The notes under the pieces are model-generated. The model did no database searches. It worked only from the letters and a program-made list of their open reading frames with translations, and was not told the DNA's origin. A stretch of DNA of 64,000 nt from an uncultured Anaerolinea sp. (GTDB taxonomy: Bacteria > Chloroflexota > Anaerolineae > Anaerolineales > UBA4823), in NCBI GenBank assembly GCA_964531975.1, contig CAZHFU010000002.1, positions 74,133-138,132 of the forward strand, read 5' to 3'. The position numbers were made by a program, and so were the translations under genes. How positions within the stretch are numbered: the stretch's first letter is position 1; every line of letters begins with the position of its first letter. This document shows, in pieces, positions 1-9,398 of the stretch.

Positions 1-1968
1 GCGCGCCGCGCGGATAGTGGTGGTTTCGCGCGCATCTTCCAGGGCATATAACAACGCCGCCAGCGCCTGGCTGGTTTCATCGTGCAGCTCGCGGGCGATG
101 CGTTTCCGCTCATCTTCTTGGGCGTTAAGCGCTTTCTTGAACAGTTCGCCGCGCATGTGTTCTTTTTGCTGCACCTCGGCGTATAAACGCGCATTTTCGA
201 TGGCGACCGCAATCTGGCTGCCCATGGCGGTCAACAATTCTTGTTCTTCAGGGGCATACTCGTGCGCTTCATGTGTGCCCACGCACATGCTGCCCAGCAC
301 AATTCCCTTAGCCGTCAGCGGCACATGCACCAGGGTGTGAATATCCTCGCTCTGCAAAGAGCGGGCGCGTTTACCGCGGTAGCGACTTAAATCCGGCACA
401 ACCACCAAATGCCCATGATCCATCATTCCGCCGCACGACCCATCTAACATGCCGAATTCCGAGGCGTAAGCCGCCGCCTCAGCCGAGAGGCCCTGGCAAA
501 CCATCAAGCGCAGCGAACTGGAAAAGTCATCGGCCAGGAAAAGCGCCCCCACATCCACGCTGGTTAAGCGCAGCACCGCCTCGAGCGAACGCTCCAGAAT
601 GTCTTGCAAGTTGAGCGATTGATTGGCTGTAACCGCAATGGCGTTGAGAGTGGAAAGCTGCTGGTTGCGGCGCAGCACCAGGTCGCGCGCCTGCTGAGCC
701 TTCTGTTCCGCCGCAACCGCCTGTTGGGTGCGTTCTTGCACACGTTGATCCAGATCGCGGTTCAACGCCTGCACTTCATCCATCGCCGATTGTAAGCGCA
801 TCCGCATCGCCTCAAAGCTTTCGGCCAGGGCGCCAACTTCATCGCGCCGCCTGCGCCGCCCGCCCGGCAAAATGCCGGAAGATAACTCTTCCATGGGGGT
901 GGTGTAATCGCCCTCCGAAATGCGATGTGCGGCTGCTTGCAGCATTTGCACGGGGCGAATCACGCTTTCCGTCGTCACCCACACCATCAGCAGCGCCCCG
1001 GCAATCGTCGCCAGGCCGAGCAGCAAGGTTTGAAACAGCAGCCGGTTTACCGGAGTAACCAGGTCGCTGGCTTTCTGGCGCACCACCACCCCCCACGGCG
1101 CCATTTGGAGCGGGGCGAAAGCGATCACCTCATCGCCGCCTTCAGCGGCGTCGCCGGCGGCGCAGCCAATGCACATCTGCACCGAAGGCTGCGTGGACAG
1201 AAACAAGTCGGCCGCGTTGGGGTCAGGACGGCTGTTGCGGCGCATATAGCCGGGCTGTGAGCTGAATAGCAGCCGCCCATCCTGCTCCACCAGGTCGATC
1301 CGCCCCGACCCGCCGAAATCGAGCATATTAGTGAAAGGCGCCCATTCCCCCCCGCTAAAATCAATGACCGCCGCCAACCAACCCGCCTGGCGACCCAGGT
1401 CATCCAGCACCGGCGTAGCAATCGCCGCCCAGGGTTCATCGGGCGAAGTCAGGGTAATGGAGGGCGGCGTGGCGTCGCCGGCCCCGGCCGGTTGGCGCGA
1501 GATCGCCAGGCTCCCCCACTCAACCGGCAAATCGCTGCGCCCCACCTGGAACAAGGGTTTGCCTTGCATATCCAGCAAATACAGGCTTTGACCCACATTA
1601 GAAAACTGGCTGTAGGCATCTTCCAAAGCCGCCTGAGTATCGGCCGGAAGGGTTTCTGCTGTGGTGAAAATGTGTCGCTGGGCGGCATGCTCCAAGATAC
1701 GATCCACCTGGCGCAGGTTAGCGTCTAAGATGGCGGCGCTCAACCGCGCCAGGTGCATGCGTTCGGTTAATATTTGCCGGCTGGATTGGCGCGCCTGGCT
1801 AATGCCCAAAAACATAAACACCAAAATCAGCGCCACAACGCCCACTTCCACCAGCAAACTCATCTTGGCGCGCAGACCCAGGTTAATCCAGCGTTGTTCT
1901 AAGATGCGCCGGCCCATGGTCTGGACATGTGAGCGCCAAGTATTCCATTTAGTTGGGGGTCTCGTCAT
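1..1968 (-). CDS. Sensor histidine kinase, C-terminus cut by window edge (TM - extracytoplasmic region - TM - HAMP - GAF - HisKA_3)
   Basis: Absent from the ORF track because its stop lies outside the window. Manual minus-strand translation from the ATG at 1966-1968 gives MTRPPTKWNTWRSHVQTMGRRILEQRW...MSLLVEVGVVALILVFMFLGI (TM). Further on it gives IRPVQMLQAAAHRISEGDY (HAMP-like). At the left edge it gives IARELHDETSQALAALLYALEDA (HisKA_3 H-box). The frame is open over all 656 codons. Confidence 0.85.
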   Translation of the reverse strand, partial: MTRPPTKWNTWRSHVQTMGRRILEQRWINLGLRAKMSLLVEVGVVALILVFMFLGISQARQSSRQILTERMHLARLSAAILDANLRQVDRILEHAAQRHIFTTAETLPADTQAALEDAYSQFSNVGQSLYLLDMQGKPLFQVGRSDLPVEWGSLAISRQPAGAGDATPPSITLTSPDEPWAAIATPVLDDLGRQAGWLAAVIDFSGGEWAPFTNMLDFGGSGRIDLVEQDGRLLFSSQPGYMRRNSRPDPNAADLFLSTQPSVQMCIGCAAGDAAEGGDEVIAFAPLQMAPWGVVVRQKASDLVTPVNRLLFQTLLLGLATIAGALLMVWVTTESVIRPVQMLQAAAHRISEGDYTTPMEELSSGILPGGRRRRRDEVGALAESFEAMRMRLQSAMDEVQALNRDLDQRVQERTQQAVAAEQKAQQARDLVLRRNQQLSTLNAIAVTANQSLNLQDILERSLEAVLRLTSVDVGALFLADDFSSSLRLMVCQGLSAEAAAYASEFGMLDGSCGGMMDHGHLVVVPDLSRYRGKRARSLQSEDIHTLVHVPLTAKGIVLGSMCVGTHEAHEYAPEEQELLTAMGSQIAVAIENARLYAEVQQKEHMRGELFKKALNAQEDERKRIARELHDETSQALAALLYALEDARETTTIRAAR

Positions 1969-1986
1969 AGTTCGTATACCTGGAGG

Positions 1987-3102
1987 CTAACGCTTGCGCC
2001 TCGATGCAAGCTGCGTTTGCGAGGCGCTTTCCGATTTAACCGGCGGCCACGTGCAAGCGCGAACTTTGCCACAATATTTACACTTACCATCGGCCAATAG
2101 TTCTTCAAACACGCCGTCAAACTCGCCCATCGACTCATACCATTCGAAGGTGCGCCCAATCGTCACCCGCAAAGGGGTATTAGGCATTTTAAAGAGATTG
2201 CGGGCCTTAGAACCGTCAAAATAAAACATCTGCGCCTCCAGGCGCAAGCGCGCCCCAGTCAGGGGAACCGGGCCGCTGCTTTGCGGCTGGAGCATATCCG
2301 TCAAACCGGCCGCCAGGGCCACCTGCCAGCGCGGCATTACCTTAAGCTTCATCCCACAGCCCACCACATCGGCGATGGTCTGATACAGCTGGCGGTAGGT
2401 CAGGTTATCGCCCGCCAAGATATAGCGCTCGCCCACCTGGCCCTTGAGGGCGGCTTCAATGTGCCCTTGGGCGGCGTCGCAAATGGGGATGATATTTACG
2501 CCCCCTGGCGGAATAAGCGGAGGCATGCAGTGTTTCGCCACCTCCACCACCATACCGCTGGAAACCTTGCGGACATCGCGCGGGCCAATCACCGTCGTTG
2601 GGCAGACGATGACCGCCGGTAAGCCGCGCTGTCGCGCCATTTCCAGTACAATTTCTTCCGACTGAAATTTGCTGTAGCCATACACAAACTGATCGGGGCG
2701 CACATTAAACCGGTAACTTTCATCCACCATGCTGTTGGGGTGCATGCCCAAGGCGGCGGTGGAACTGGTGTGCACCACTTTTGGCACACCCGCCTGCAGC
2801 GCGGCTTCCATTACATGCCGTGTGCCCTCAATGTTAACCTCATTCATGCGGTCTACGCCTTGCCGCCAATAGTCCACCACGCCGGCGGCATGGAAAAGCG
2901 CGTCAACCCCGGCCATGGCCGGCGGCAAGCTTTCCGGAGCCAACACATCGCCTTCCACAAATTCAAACGGGCCGCCTTCCAGCAGAATGGGGTTTGCGCC
3001 TGGGCGCGCCAGGATGCGCACGCGCCACCCCCGCTCAACCAGGCGCAAGGCAATGTTTGAGCCAATAAAGCCCGTGCCGCCGGTTACAAGCGCTTGCGCC
3101 AT
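1987..3102 (-). CDS. NAD-dependent epimerase/dehydratase (extended SDR family)
   Basis: The N-terminus MAQALVTGGTGFIGSNIALRLVERG carries the Rossmann GxxGxxG motif, and a YxxxK-type motif (YGYSK) is present. The C-terminal tail has CKYC. The gene overlaps the upstream gene by 19 nt, which suggests co-transcription. Confidence 0.85.
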   Translation of the reverse strand: MAQALVTGGTGFIGSNIALRLVERGWRVRILARPGANPILLEGGPFEFVEGDVLAPESLPPAMAGVDALFHAAGVVDYWRQGVDRMNEVNIEGTRHVMEAALQAGVPKVVHTSSTAALGMHPNSMVDESYRFNVRPDQFVYGYSKFQSEEIVLEMARQRGLPAVIVCPTTVIGPRDVRKVSSGMVVEVAKHCMPPLIPPGGVNIIPICDAAQGHIEAALKGQVGERYILAGDNLTYRQLYQTIADVVGCGMKLKVMPRWQVALAAGLTDMLQPQSSGPVPLTGARLRLEAQMFYFDGSKARNLFKMPNTPLRVTIGRTFEWYESMGEFDGVFEELLADGKCKYCGKVRACTWPPVKSESASQTQLASRRKR

Positions 3103-5399
3103 TGCACCACTGCCTGGGCCAACCCCTGGCCGGTGTGGGGTTCGGCGATCATATCAACGCGCAGCCCGCGTTTGCGCGCCGCCTGGGCGGTGGTGGGGCC
3201 AATGCAGGCCAGCGCGCAGCTGCGCAGCGCCTCCAGGGCCTCGTTCTCTCCACGCGCCTCTGCCAGCATATGCACCAGCCCGTCTAAACCTGAGGGACTA
3301 AATAAGGTGATCACATCCACCTGCCCATCCCACAAGGGTTGCAAGCGGTGGGCGGCGGCTTGCGCCGGCACGGTGCGATACGCTGTCACCGCCTGCACCA
3401 CGGCGCCCCTGGCTTGCATCGCCTCGATCAACTCTGGTGGGGCGATATCGGAACGCGGGATCAAGATGCGCTGACCCCGCAAATCGCCCACTTCATTCAC
3501 CCAGTCCAAGCCGGTAAATTGGCTGGGGACAAAATCGGGGCGCAGATGGTACGCCGCCAGCGCCTCCGCCGTCACCGGCCCCACCACCCCCAAACGCACC
3601 CCGCCAAGCAAGCGCACATCGGCGAATTGCTCCAGCTGCTCGAAGAAGGCCGCGACGGCATGGGCGCTGGAGAAGAAGAGCCAATCGAAGGCGTGGTGTG
3701 CCAAACTCTCCACCGCGGCTTGCAGCGGAGCCGCATCCAGCGGCGGGGCCAGGCGCGTGGTGGGCAAATCCAGCACCTGCGCCCCCAGGCGTTGCAGGGT
3801 GGTCTCAAAATCGTCGCGGCGGGGGGCCTGTTCGGGGCGGGTATGCAAGATGCGCAGCCCGAACAGCGGGCGTACGCGCACATCATCGTACCATTGCAGT
3901 TGGGCGCGCAAAGCCGCCGCCGGCCCCACCACGGTAATCGCCGGGGAGGCCACATCCCGCGCCAGGCAGGCGATATCGCCCAGCGCGCCGCTCACCACCT
4001 GCTGCTGCGGGGTGGTTCCGTTGGCGATCACCGCCGCCGGGGTATCCGCCGGCACGCCTTGTTCGAGCAAACGCTGCACAATCACCGGCAGGTTTTGCAC
4101 ACCCATCAAAAACACGCGCGTATCGGCTACCGCCTCCAGCCCGTCCGGCCCATCTTGAGAGCGATGCCCGGTGATCACCGCAAAGCTGCCGGCCAGGCCG
4201 CGCTGCGTGACGGGGATACCGGCATAGGCTGGTACGGCGATGGCGCTGGTGACCCCTGGAACCACCTCGAAGGGGGCGTGTACGGCGGCCAGGGCCAGGG
4301 CTTCTTCGCCGCCGCGGCCAAACACAAATGGGTCGCCGCCCTTCAGCCGGGCCACACGCTTGCCCAGGCGGGCCTGTTCCACTAATATCTGATTGATCCG
4401 CGCCTGCGGCACAGGATGATGATCGGGCTGCTTGCCCACATCGATCAGCTCCACATCGGGCCGGCACAAGGCCAACAGGCTGGGGTTCGCCAGGCGGTCG
4501 AACACCACCACATCGGCTTGCTGCAAGGCTTCCGCCCCGCGCAAGGTCAGCAGGCCGGGGTCGCCGGGGCCGGCCCCGATGAGCGAGACGAAACCCAATG
4601 GCGCGTCTTCTAGAGCTTGCGCTTGCTCAATCAAAAGAGCCGCCCGGCGGTCAGCGTCATTTGTCGAGCGATCTAAAGCCGGCGCAAGCTCGTGGTTTGT
4701 GGCCGCCCTGGCCGCCGGCGCGTTAGATGAAGCGCCGCTTTGAGGGGCGCCGCCTGGTGGAGCGCCAGCCTCCAGCATGGCCTGGGCGCGGCGCTGGGCC
4801 TCTTCCGGGCCGCAGCGCTCAATCACCTCCAGCAAATCCGAATCGACCAGGCGCAGCGCGGCTTGCAAACGCGCCTCGCCGGGCGCATAGCGCTGCTTGA
4901 GCACCGGGCGCAGCGTTTCTAACAACGCCGCCAGCTCACCGTAAGCCGGCGAGAGCCACGCTTCCAGACGCTCACGCAGCCGCCGCGCTAAGGCCGGGCT
5001 GGCCCCGCCGGTGGAAATCGCCAGCGCCACCGGGCCGCGCCGGATCAGCGCCGGCAAGATAAAATTACTGTGTTCGGGGTCGTCTACCACGTTCACCAGG
5101 CAGCCGCGCTGCACCGCCTCGGCATAAACCGCCTGGTTCACCTGCGGGTCATCGGTGGCCGAGATCACCACCCACGCCCCGGCCAGGTCGCCCGGTTGAT
5201 AAGGCCGCTGGATGCAGGCCAGGCCGGGCTGGGCCTGGGCAAGGCGGTCAAATTCTGCGTTAAATTCGGGGCTAATCACCAACACCGACCCGCCCGCATC
5301 GAGCAGCGCCTCAGCTTTGCGCAGGGCAATTTGCCCCCCGCCAATCACCACCGCCTGGCGCTGCCCTAACCCGACTAAGCAAATGGAATAAGTCTGCAT
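3084..5399 (-). CDS. Triple-domain tetrapyrrole enzyme: precorrin-2 dehydrogenase/ferrochelatase-like (SirC/CysG-N) + uroporphyrinogen-III C-methyltransferase (CobA/SirA) + uroporphyrinogen-III synthase (HemD)
   Basis: Residues ~1-210 contain VVIGGGQIALRKAEALLDAGGSVLVISPEF (CysG N-terminal Rossmann). A low-complexity A/P/G linker spans ~210-265. Residues ~268-510 contain VSLIGAGPGDPGLLTLRGAEALQQADVVVFDRL and GGDPFVFGRGGEE (SUMT motifs). Residues ~520-771 are HemD-like (RILHTRP...LDWLFFSSAHAV...IGPTTAQAA). Confidence 0.85.
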   Translation of the reverse strand: MQTYSICLVGLGQRQAVVIGGGQIALRKAEALLDAGGSVLVISPEFNAEFDRLAQAQPGLACIQRPYQPGDLAGAWVVISATDDPQVNQAVYAEAVQRGCLVNVVDDPEHSNFILPALIRRGPVALAISTGGASPALARRLRERLEAWLSPAYGELAALLETLRPVLKQRYAPGEARLQAALRLVDSDLLEVIERCGPEEAQRRAQAMLEAGAPPGGAPQSGASSNAPAARAATNHELAPALDRSTNDADRRAALLIEQAQALEDAPLGFVSLIGAGPGDPGLLTLRGAEALQQADVVVFDRLANPSLLALCRPDVELIDVGKQPDHHPVPQARINQILVEQARLGKRVARLKGGDPFVFGRGGEEALALAAVHAPFEVVPGVTSAIAVPAYAGIPVTQRGLAGSFAVITGHRSQDGPDGLEAVADTRVFLMGVQNLPVIVQRLLEQGVPADTPAAVIANGTTPQQQVVSGALGDIACLARDVASPAITVVGPAAALRAQLQWYDDVRVRPLFGLRILHTRPEQAPRRDDFETTLQRLGAQVLDLPTTRLAPPLDAAPLQAAVESLAHHAFDWLFFSSAHAVAAFFEQLEQFADVRLLGGVRLGVVGPVTAEALAAYHLRPDFVPSQFTGLDWVNEVGDLRGQRILIPRSDIAPPELIEAMQARGAVVQAVTAYRTVPAQAAAHRLQPLWDGQVDVITLFSPSGLDGLVHMLAEARGENEALEALRSCALACIGPTTAQAARKRGLRVDMIAEPHTGQGLAQAVVQWRKRL

Positions 5400-5522
5400 G
5401 TTACACTTTTACCACCCCATAGACCTGGCGTCAATGGAGGCAATTAAGTAATCCCACTGGCGATAGGTGGGAGAAATCCGCCTCAATAATTCGAAGAAAA
5501 GAGAAGTTAATCAACCAAATTA

Positions 5523-5531
5523 TGCTATAAT
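5523..5531 (+). promoter_or_regulatory. Extended -10 promoter-like element (TGcTATAAT)
   Basis: The sequence tatgcTATAATag sits in an A/T-rich intergenic region about 360 nt upstream of the 5891 CDS. No matching -35 was checked convincingly. Confidence 0.3.
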
Positions 5532-5890
5532 AGTTTAGATCAGCTTAAGGTGCTGCATACCGGCAAGCGTAATCTCGCACAAGCGATCTACCCACAGATC
5601 GCATTGACCAGAAATTGGGGACACTACGATGGGGAGAATATTCGATCTACCAGGTGTCTTATAGATTCGCAACACTTTTAACGATAACCTTTGGATTGGA
5701 TTCTTCTGAGATATTTAGTGTTGTGGCAGACCCAAGGGTAAACCGGTGAAGCCCTTATCCCGACTTCACGCTCGAAATATTTAGATGGTGTTGGATAAGC
5801 ATTTATGCGGTGAGGAAGTTTTTGTGTGAATGCACACCAATAAGTCCGTCTCGTTTTTTCGTCTGATGTAATTTTAAGGAGGAGTTTCCG

Positions 5891-7825
5891 ATGAGATACA
5901 AAAGCATCAACATTTTAGCCAGTGTGTTTATTTTGATTGCGCTGGCGGCGACGTTGTTTATAACCGTCCCACACGCTAAAGCGGCAGCCTACACTTCAAC
6001 GCAAGCCGGAGCCTGGACCGATACAGCCACCTGGGGCAACAGCGGGCCTCCGGGTGCTGGAGACACAGTGTCCATCGGTCACGCGGTGACGAACGGCAGT
6101 GGAACCATCGCCAACCTGACGATTACTACGGGCGGCAGCCTGCAATTGGGCGGCAACCTCACCGTCACCGCCACAGGCGGTAATATCCTCGATCTCGCCG
6201 GTAATATTGACCTCAACGGTTACACCATGGAGCTTTCCGGCGACGGTGGCAATATCCAGGTTTGCGGGGCGCGCACGGTCAGCGGCGGCGCCGGCTCTAA
6301 CTTCCTGATGACTTCTACTCACCAAACCACAAAGACCGTCGTCAGCGCAAGTTGTGGCAGCGATGGATTAACTTTTGGTAATACTGTTCAAGTTGAAGTC
6401 AAATCAGTCACCTGGAATTTTAGCTGGTTTAACCCCGGCAGCGGATTGACGACCATCAATGGCACATTAAGAGTTTCCTCGGGTGGCGTCGTCGTTACCA
6501 ACAGTCCACTTTATGGCAGCAGCTCAACCTTGGAATATGGGGGCACCTCGCAAACTAAAAATGTCGGGACCGAATGGGCAGCTGGCTCATCCGGGGCGGG
6601 GGTGCCTCAAAATGTGGTATTGGAGCCTGGGACGTTAGCTTTAACTCTCTTAAATGATGGCGCTAGAACCGTCCTGGGTAACTTTACCATGAATGGCGGT
6701 AATATCCTGACCCTGGGGGGTGCTGATGCTGCTGACCTGCATATTAAGGGTAATTGGATCAATAACGGCGGCTCATTGAACGGAACAGGCTATATCAATG
6801 GCGTAGTTTTCTCCGGAACCAGCTTGCAAACCATTGGAGGCAGCGGCAATACCACTTTCGTGAATCTTAAAATCGACAATCCCAACGATGTTAAGCTCCT
6901 AATCACCGCCCTGTTATCGAGAAAACTAACGATGCTCCAGGGCAATTTGGATCTTGACATATGGGACTTGACCATTACTGAAATTGGTTCGATAACCAAT
7001 TCTCCGCCAAGCAGCGATCGGATGATTATCGCCGACCAAGGGAGACTCTGTAAAATATTTACGGGCTCAGGTTCTTACACATTTACTTTCCCGATCGGGG
7101 ATAACAGCGGGCCTTCCAATACGGAAGATTATTCGCCATTCCGCTTGTACTTGCCAGATACAAATTACGATACATATAAAGCCTGTGTCAAGGTTATTGA
7201 CGACAAGCATCCGGTTTTCGATCCCACCTATTATCCCAACTACCTGACGCGTTATTGGAAAGTCACCAAAGAGGGCGGTACACCAGAGGAGACTAACTTT
7301 ACCGGCGTCTTTACCTATGTGCCTGGCGATATCGTTGGCACTGAAACAGATATCTACAGCACCCGCTATAACTTCAATATACCGGATTATCAATTTTATG
7401 CCAAGGTTGATGATACCAACAACGAAGTTAAGGTAACTGATGTCAGTATGCTCAGTGAAGGGGACTATACTGGTCTAGGCGCTAATCCCTCAGCTGTCAC
7501 TATGACCGATATGAGCACGTTCTCCGCCCCCGGTGCGTTATGGGTGCGCTGGACGACCGCCCAGGAACAGGACACTTCCGGCTTCAACGTCTACCGCGCC
7601 GCCTCTCCCGATGGCGTACGCAGCCTGCTCACCCCCAGCCCGATCCCAAGCCAGGCGCCGGGCGGGCTAACCGGAGCCAGCTACGAGTTCGCCGACAGCA
7701 CCGCGCAGCCGGGCATAACTTACTATTACTGGATCGAAACGGTGGAATCCACGGGCAGCGCCTGGTCTCAATCGCTGCAAGGTTTGCTGAATTACTATAT
7801 CCTCCTACCGGTGATCAAGAGGTAA
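5891..7825 (+). CDS. Secreted G/T/N-rich repeat protein (beta-helix-like N-terminal half; Ig/FN3-like C-terminal module), function unknown
   Basis: A strong SD (aaggagg) lies 7 nt upstream. The signal peptide reads MRYKSINILASVFILIALAATLFITVPHAKAAA. The N-terminal half has repeated GG/GN/T-rich segments. The C-terminal region reads FNVYRAASPDG...ITYYYWIETVESTGS and ends in a short hydrophobic-basic tail, LLNYYILLPVIKR. The gene is visibly more A/T-rich than its flanks. Confidence 0.7.
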   Translation: MRYKSINILASVFILIALAATLFITVPHAKAAAYTSTQAGAWTDTATWGNSGPPGAGDTVSIGHAVTNGSGTIANLTITTGGSLQLGGNLTVTATGGNILDLAGNIDLNGYTMELSGDGGNIQVCGARTVSGGAGSNFLMTSTHQTTKTVVSASCGSDGLTFGNTVQVEVKSVTWNFSWFNPGSGLTTINGTLRVSSGGVVVTNSPLYGSSSTLEYGGTSQTKNVGTEWAAGSSGAGVPQNVVLEPGTLALTLLNDGARTVLGNFTMNGGNILTLGGADAADLHIKGNWINNGGSLNGTGYINGVVFSGTSLQTIGGSGNTTFVNLKIDNPNDVKLLITALLSRKLTMLQGNLDLDIWDLTITEIGSITNSPPSSDRMIIADQGRLCKIFTGSGSYTFTFPIGDNSGPSNTEDYSPFRLYLPDTNYDTYKACVKVIDDKHPVFDPTYYPNYLTRYWKVTKEGGTPEETNFTGVFTYVPGDIVGTETDIYSTRYNFNIPDYQFYAKVDDTNNEVKVTDVSMLSEGDYTGLGANPSAVTMTDMSTFSAPGALWVRWTTAQEQDTSGFNVYRAASPDGVRSLLTPSPIPSQAPGGLTGASYEFADSTAQPGITYYYWIETVESTGSAWSQSLQGLLNYYILLPVIKR

Positions 7826-8018
7826 GGAAGGGAACGAAGCTTTCAGGCAGCCTGCCTATTGACCTGCCAGGCCGGGGCGGCTTAAGCAATAGGATGCGTG
7901 ATCAGGCCGTCGAGCACGCATCCTACCGGCAGCCCTTGATCTAGCTGACCTGGCGCGGCGGCTTGCGCCGGCGGTGCGGCGGCCTGGATAAGATGCAGGC
8001 ATGGTCTTCTGCTAAACT

Positions 8019-8056
8019 CGATGCCCGCTGTATGGCGGGCATCGGGCGTTTTGTTG
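8019..8056 (+). terminator. Rho-independent terminator candidate
   Basis: The stem is cgatgcccgc / gcgggcatcg with loop tgtatg, followed by ggcgttttgttg. Confidence 0.5.
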
Positions 8057-8216
8057 CGCGCGCAACCCCGGCCATCAGTTAAAACTATGGCGATGACCCC
8101 CAACCCCCGGAGCCAAGGCGATTGAAGGTCTTGCCATGCTCCTGGGACTGCGCTGCAGTTAAGGCATCCCTTACAAAGCCCAAATTTCCGCTCTGGTGAG
8201 ATAAAAATTGGGTACA

Positions 8217-9128
8217 ATGCATGGCATGGAAAAAATAATTTTTGCCACCCGGCCCTCAGCGTTAGCCCGTTGGCAAACCGCCTATGTAATCCAGGCGCTG
8301 AGCGCGCTGCACCGCGGGCTGACCTGCGAAGAGCGCATCATCACCACGCAGGGCGACAAAGACCTGGCCACGCCCCTGCCCCAAATGGGCGGAAAAGGCG
8401 TCTTTACCCAGGAATTGGAGCAAGCGCTGCGTGACGGTCGGGTGCAGGCGGCGGTGCATTCGCTCAAAGACCTGCCCGTAGAAGACGCCCCCGGCCTGAC
8501 CACGGCCTGCATTCCGCCGCGCGGCGAAGCGCAGGATGTGCTGATTTCACGCGACGGTTACACCCTCGACACCCTGCCCCAAGGCGCCCGCCTGGGCACG
8601 TCCAGCGTGCGCCGGGCGGCGCAGCTTCTGCACCTGCGCCCCGATCTGTCCATCCAAGACCTGCGCGGCAATGTCGCTACCCGCCTGCGCAAAGCCTTAG
8701 CCGGCGAGTACGACGCGATTGTGCTGGCGGCGGCCGGGCTTAGCCGCCTGGGGCTGCTGGAGCACGTCACCCAGCGGCTGCCCGTGGAGGCCATGCTGCC
8801 GGCTCCGGGGCAAGGCGCCCTGGCGGTGCAGTGCCTGTCTGGCAATGAAGCCGTGCTAACCCTGCTGGCGGCCCTGGACGACCTGCCCACGCGGCGCTGC
8901 GTGACCGCTGAGCGTGCCTTTCTTCAGGGGTTGGGGGGCGGCTGCGCCGCGCCGGTGGCGGCCTTAGCGCGCACCGATCCGCGATCACATCATATATTCT
9001 TACAAGGCCGTCTGCTCTCACCTGGCGGACGCCGTTCGATCACCGTGACGGGCGCCGGCCCTGATCCGCTGGAATTAGGCCGCCGCCTGGCCGCCAAGGC
9101 GCTCGCTCAGGAAGCCGCCCAGGCGTAG
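8217..9128 (+). CDS. hemC: Hydroxymethylbilane synthase (porphobilinogen deaminase)
   Basis: Recognised motifs are IIFATRPSALARWQT, TTQGDK, GGKGVFTQELEQAL, AVHSLKDLP, GTSSVRR, RGNVATRL and GGGCAAPVAA. The start is ambiguous between TTG 8208, ATG 8217 and ATG 8226. Confidence 0.93.
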   Translation: MHGMEKIIFATRPSALARWQTAYVIQALSALHRGLTCEERIITTQGDKDLATPLPQMGGKGVFTQELEQALRDGRVQAAVHSLKDLPVEDAPGLTTACIPPRGEAQDVLISRDGYTLDTLPQGARLGTSSVRRAAQLLHLRPDLSIQDLRGNVATRLRKALAGEYDAIVLAAAGLSRLGLLEHVTQRLPVEAMLPAPGQGALAVQCLSGNEAVLTLLAALDDLPTRRCVTAERAFLQGLGGGCAAPVAALARTDPRSHHIFLQGRLLSPGGRRSITVTGAGPDPLELGRRLAAKALAQEAAQA

Positions 9129-9167
9129 CCGGGCGTCTCCGGGCGGGCGCGATGCCGGGCCGCAGCA

Positions 9168-9398
9168 GCGCCTTGCACAGCCGCGCCTTGCACAGCAAGC
9201 GCCTTGCACAGCCGCGCCTTGCACAGCAAGCGCCTTGCACAGCAGCGCCTTGCACAGCAAGCGCCTTGCACAGCAGCGCCTTGCACAGCAAGCGCCCTGC
9301 ACAGCAAGCGCCTTGCACAGCAGCGCCTTGCACAGCAGCGCCTTGCACAGCAAGCGCCCTGCACAGCAGCGCCTTGCACAGCAGCGCCTTGCACAGCC
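9168..9398. repeat. Tandem repeat, 15 copies of GCGCC(T/C)TGCACAG separated by 2- or 3-nt spacers (unit 15/16 bp)
   Basis: Counted directly: core copies start at 9168, 9183, 9199, 9214, 9230, 9245, 9261, 9276, 9292, 9308, 9323, 9338, 9354, 9369 and 9384. Spacers are cc, ca or caa. All six frames are open across it only because the unit contains no stop codon. Confidence 0.95.

Noticed and set aside
3339-4385. A 348-aa plus-strand ORF antisense to the tetrapyrrole fusion gene. There are many similar antisense ORFs, for example 20391-21353 (320 aa), 54754-56004 (416 aa), 38409-39296 (295 aa), 13117-13755 and 42221-42781.
   Set aside because: They are Arg/Gly/His/Gln-rich shadow ORFs opposite strongly recognisable genes. 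This is the typical result of GC-rich third positions removing stop codons on the antisense strand.
5400-5520. A possible cobalamin riboswitch upstream (minus strand) of the cobA-containing fusion gene.
   Set aside because: There is a small hairpin (ucccac...guggga) and a CCACTGG-like string. I could not find a B12 box or the conserved GGTG...CC core by eye. This needs a covariance-model scan before any claim.
7882-8217. A 111-aa minus-strand ORF between the secreted protein gene and hemC.
   Set aside because: It has no SD and no motif, and it spans a terminator-like hairpin and the hemC start region. It is likely spurious.
9168-9398. The tandem repeat considered as a CRISPR array.
   Set aside because: The units are directly adjacent, with only 2-3 nt between the 13-nt cores. 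There are no unique spacers, so this is a minisatellite and not a CRISPR array.
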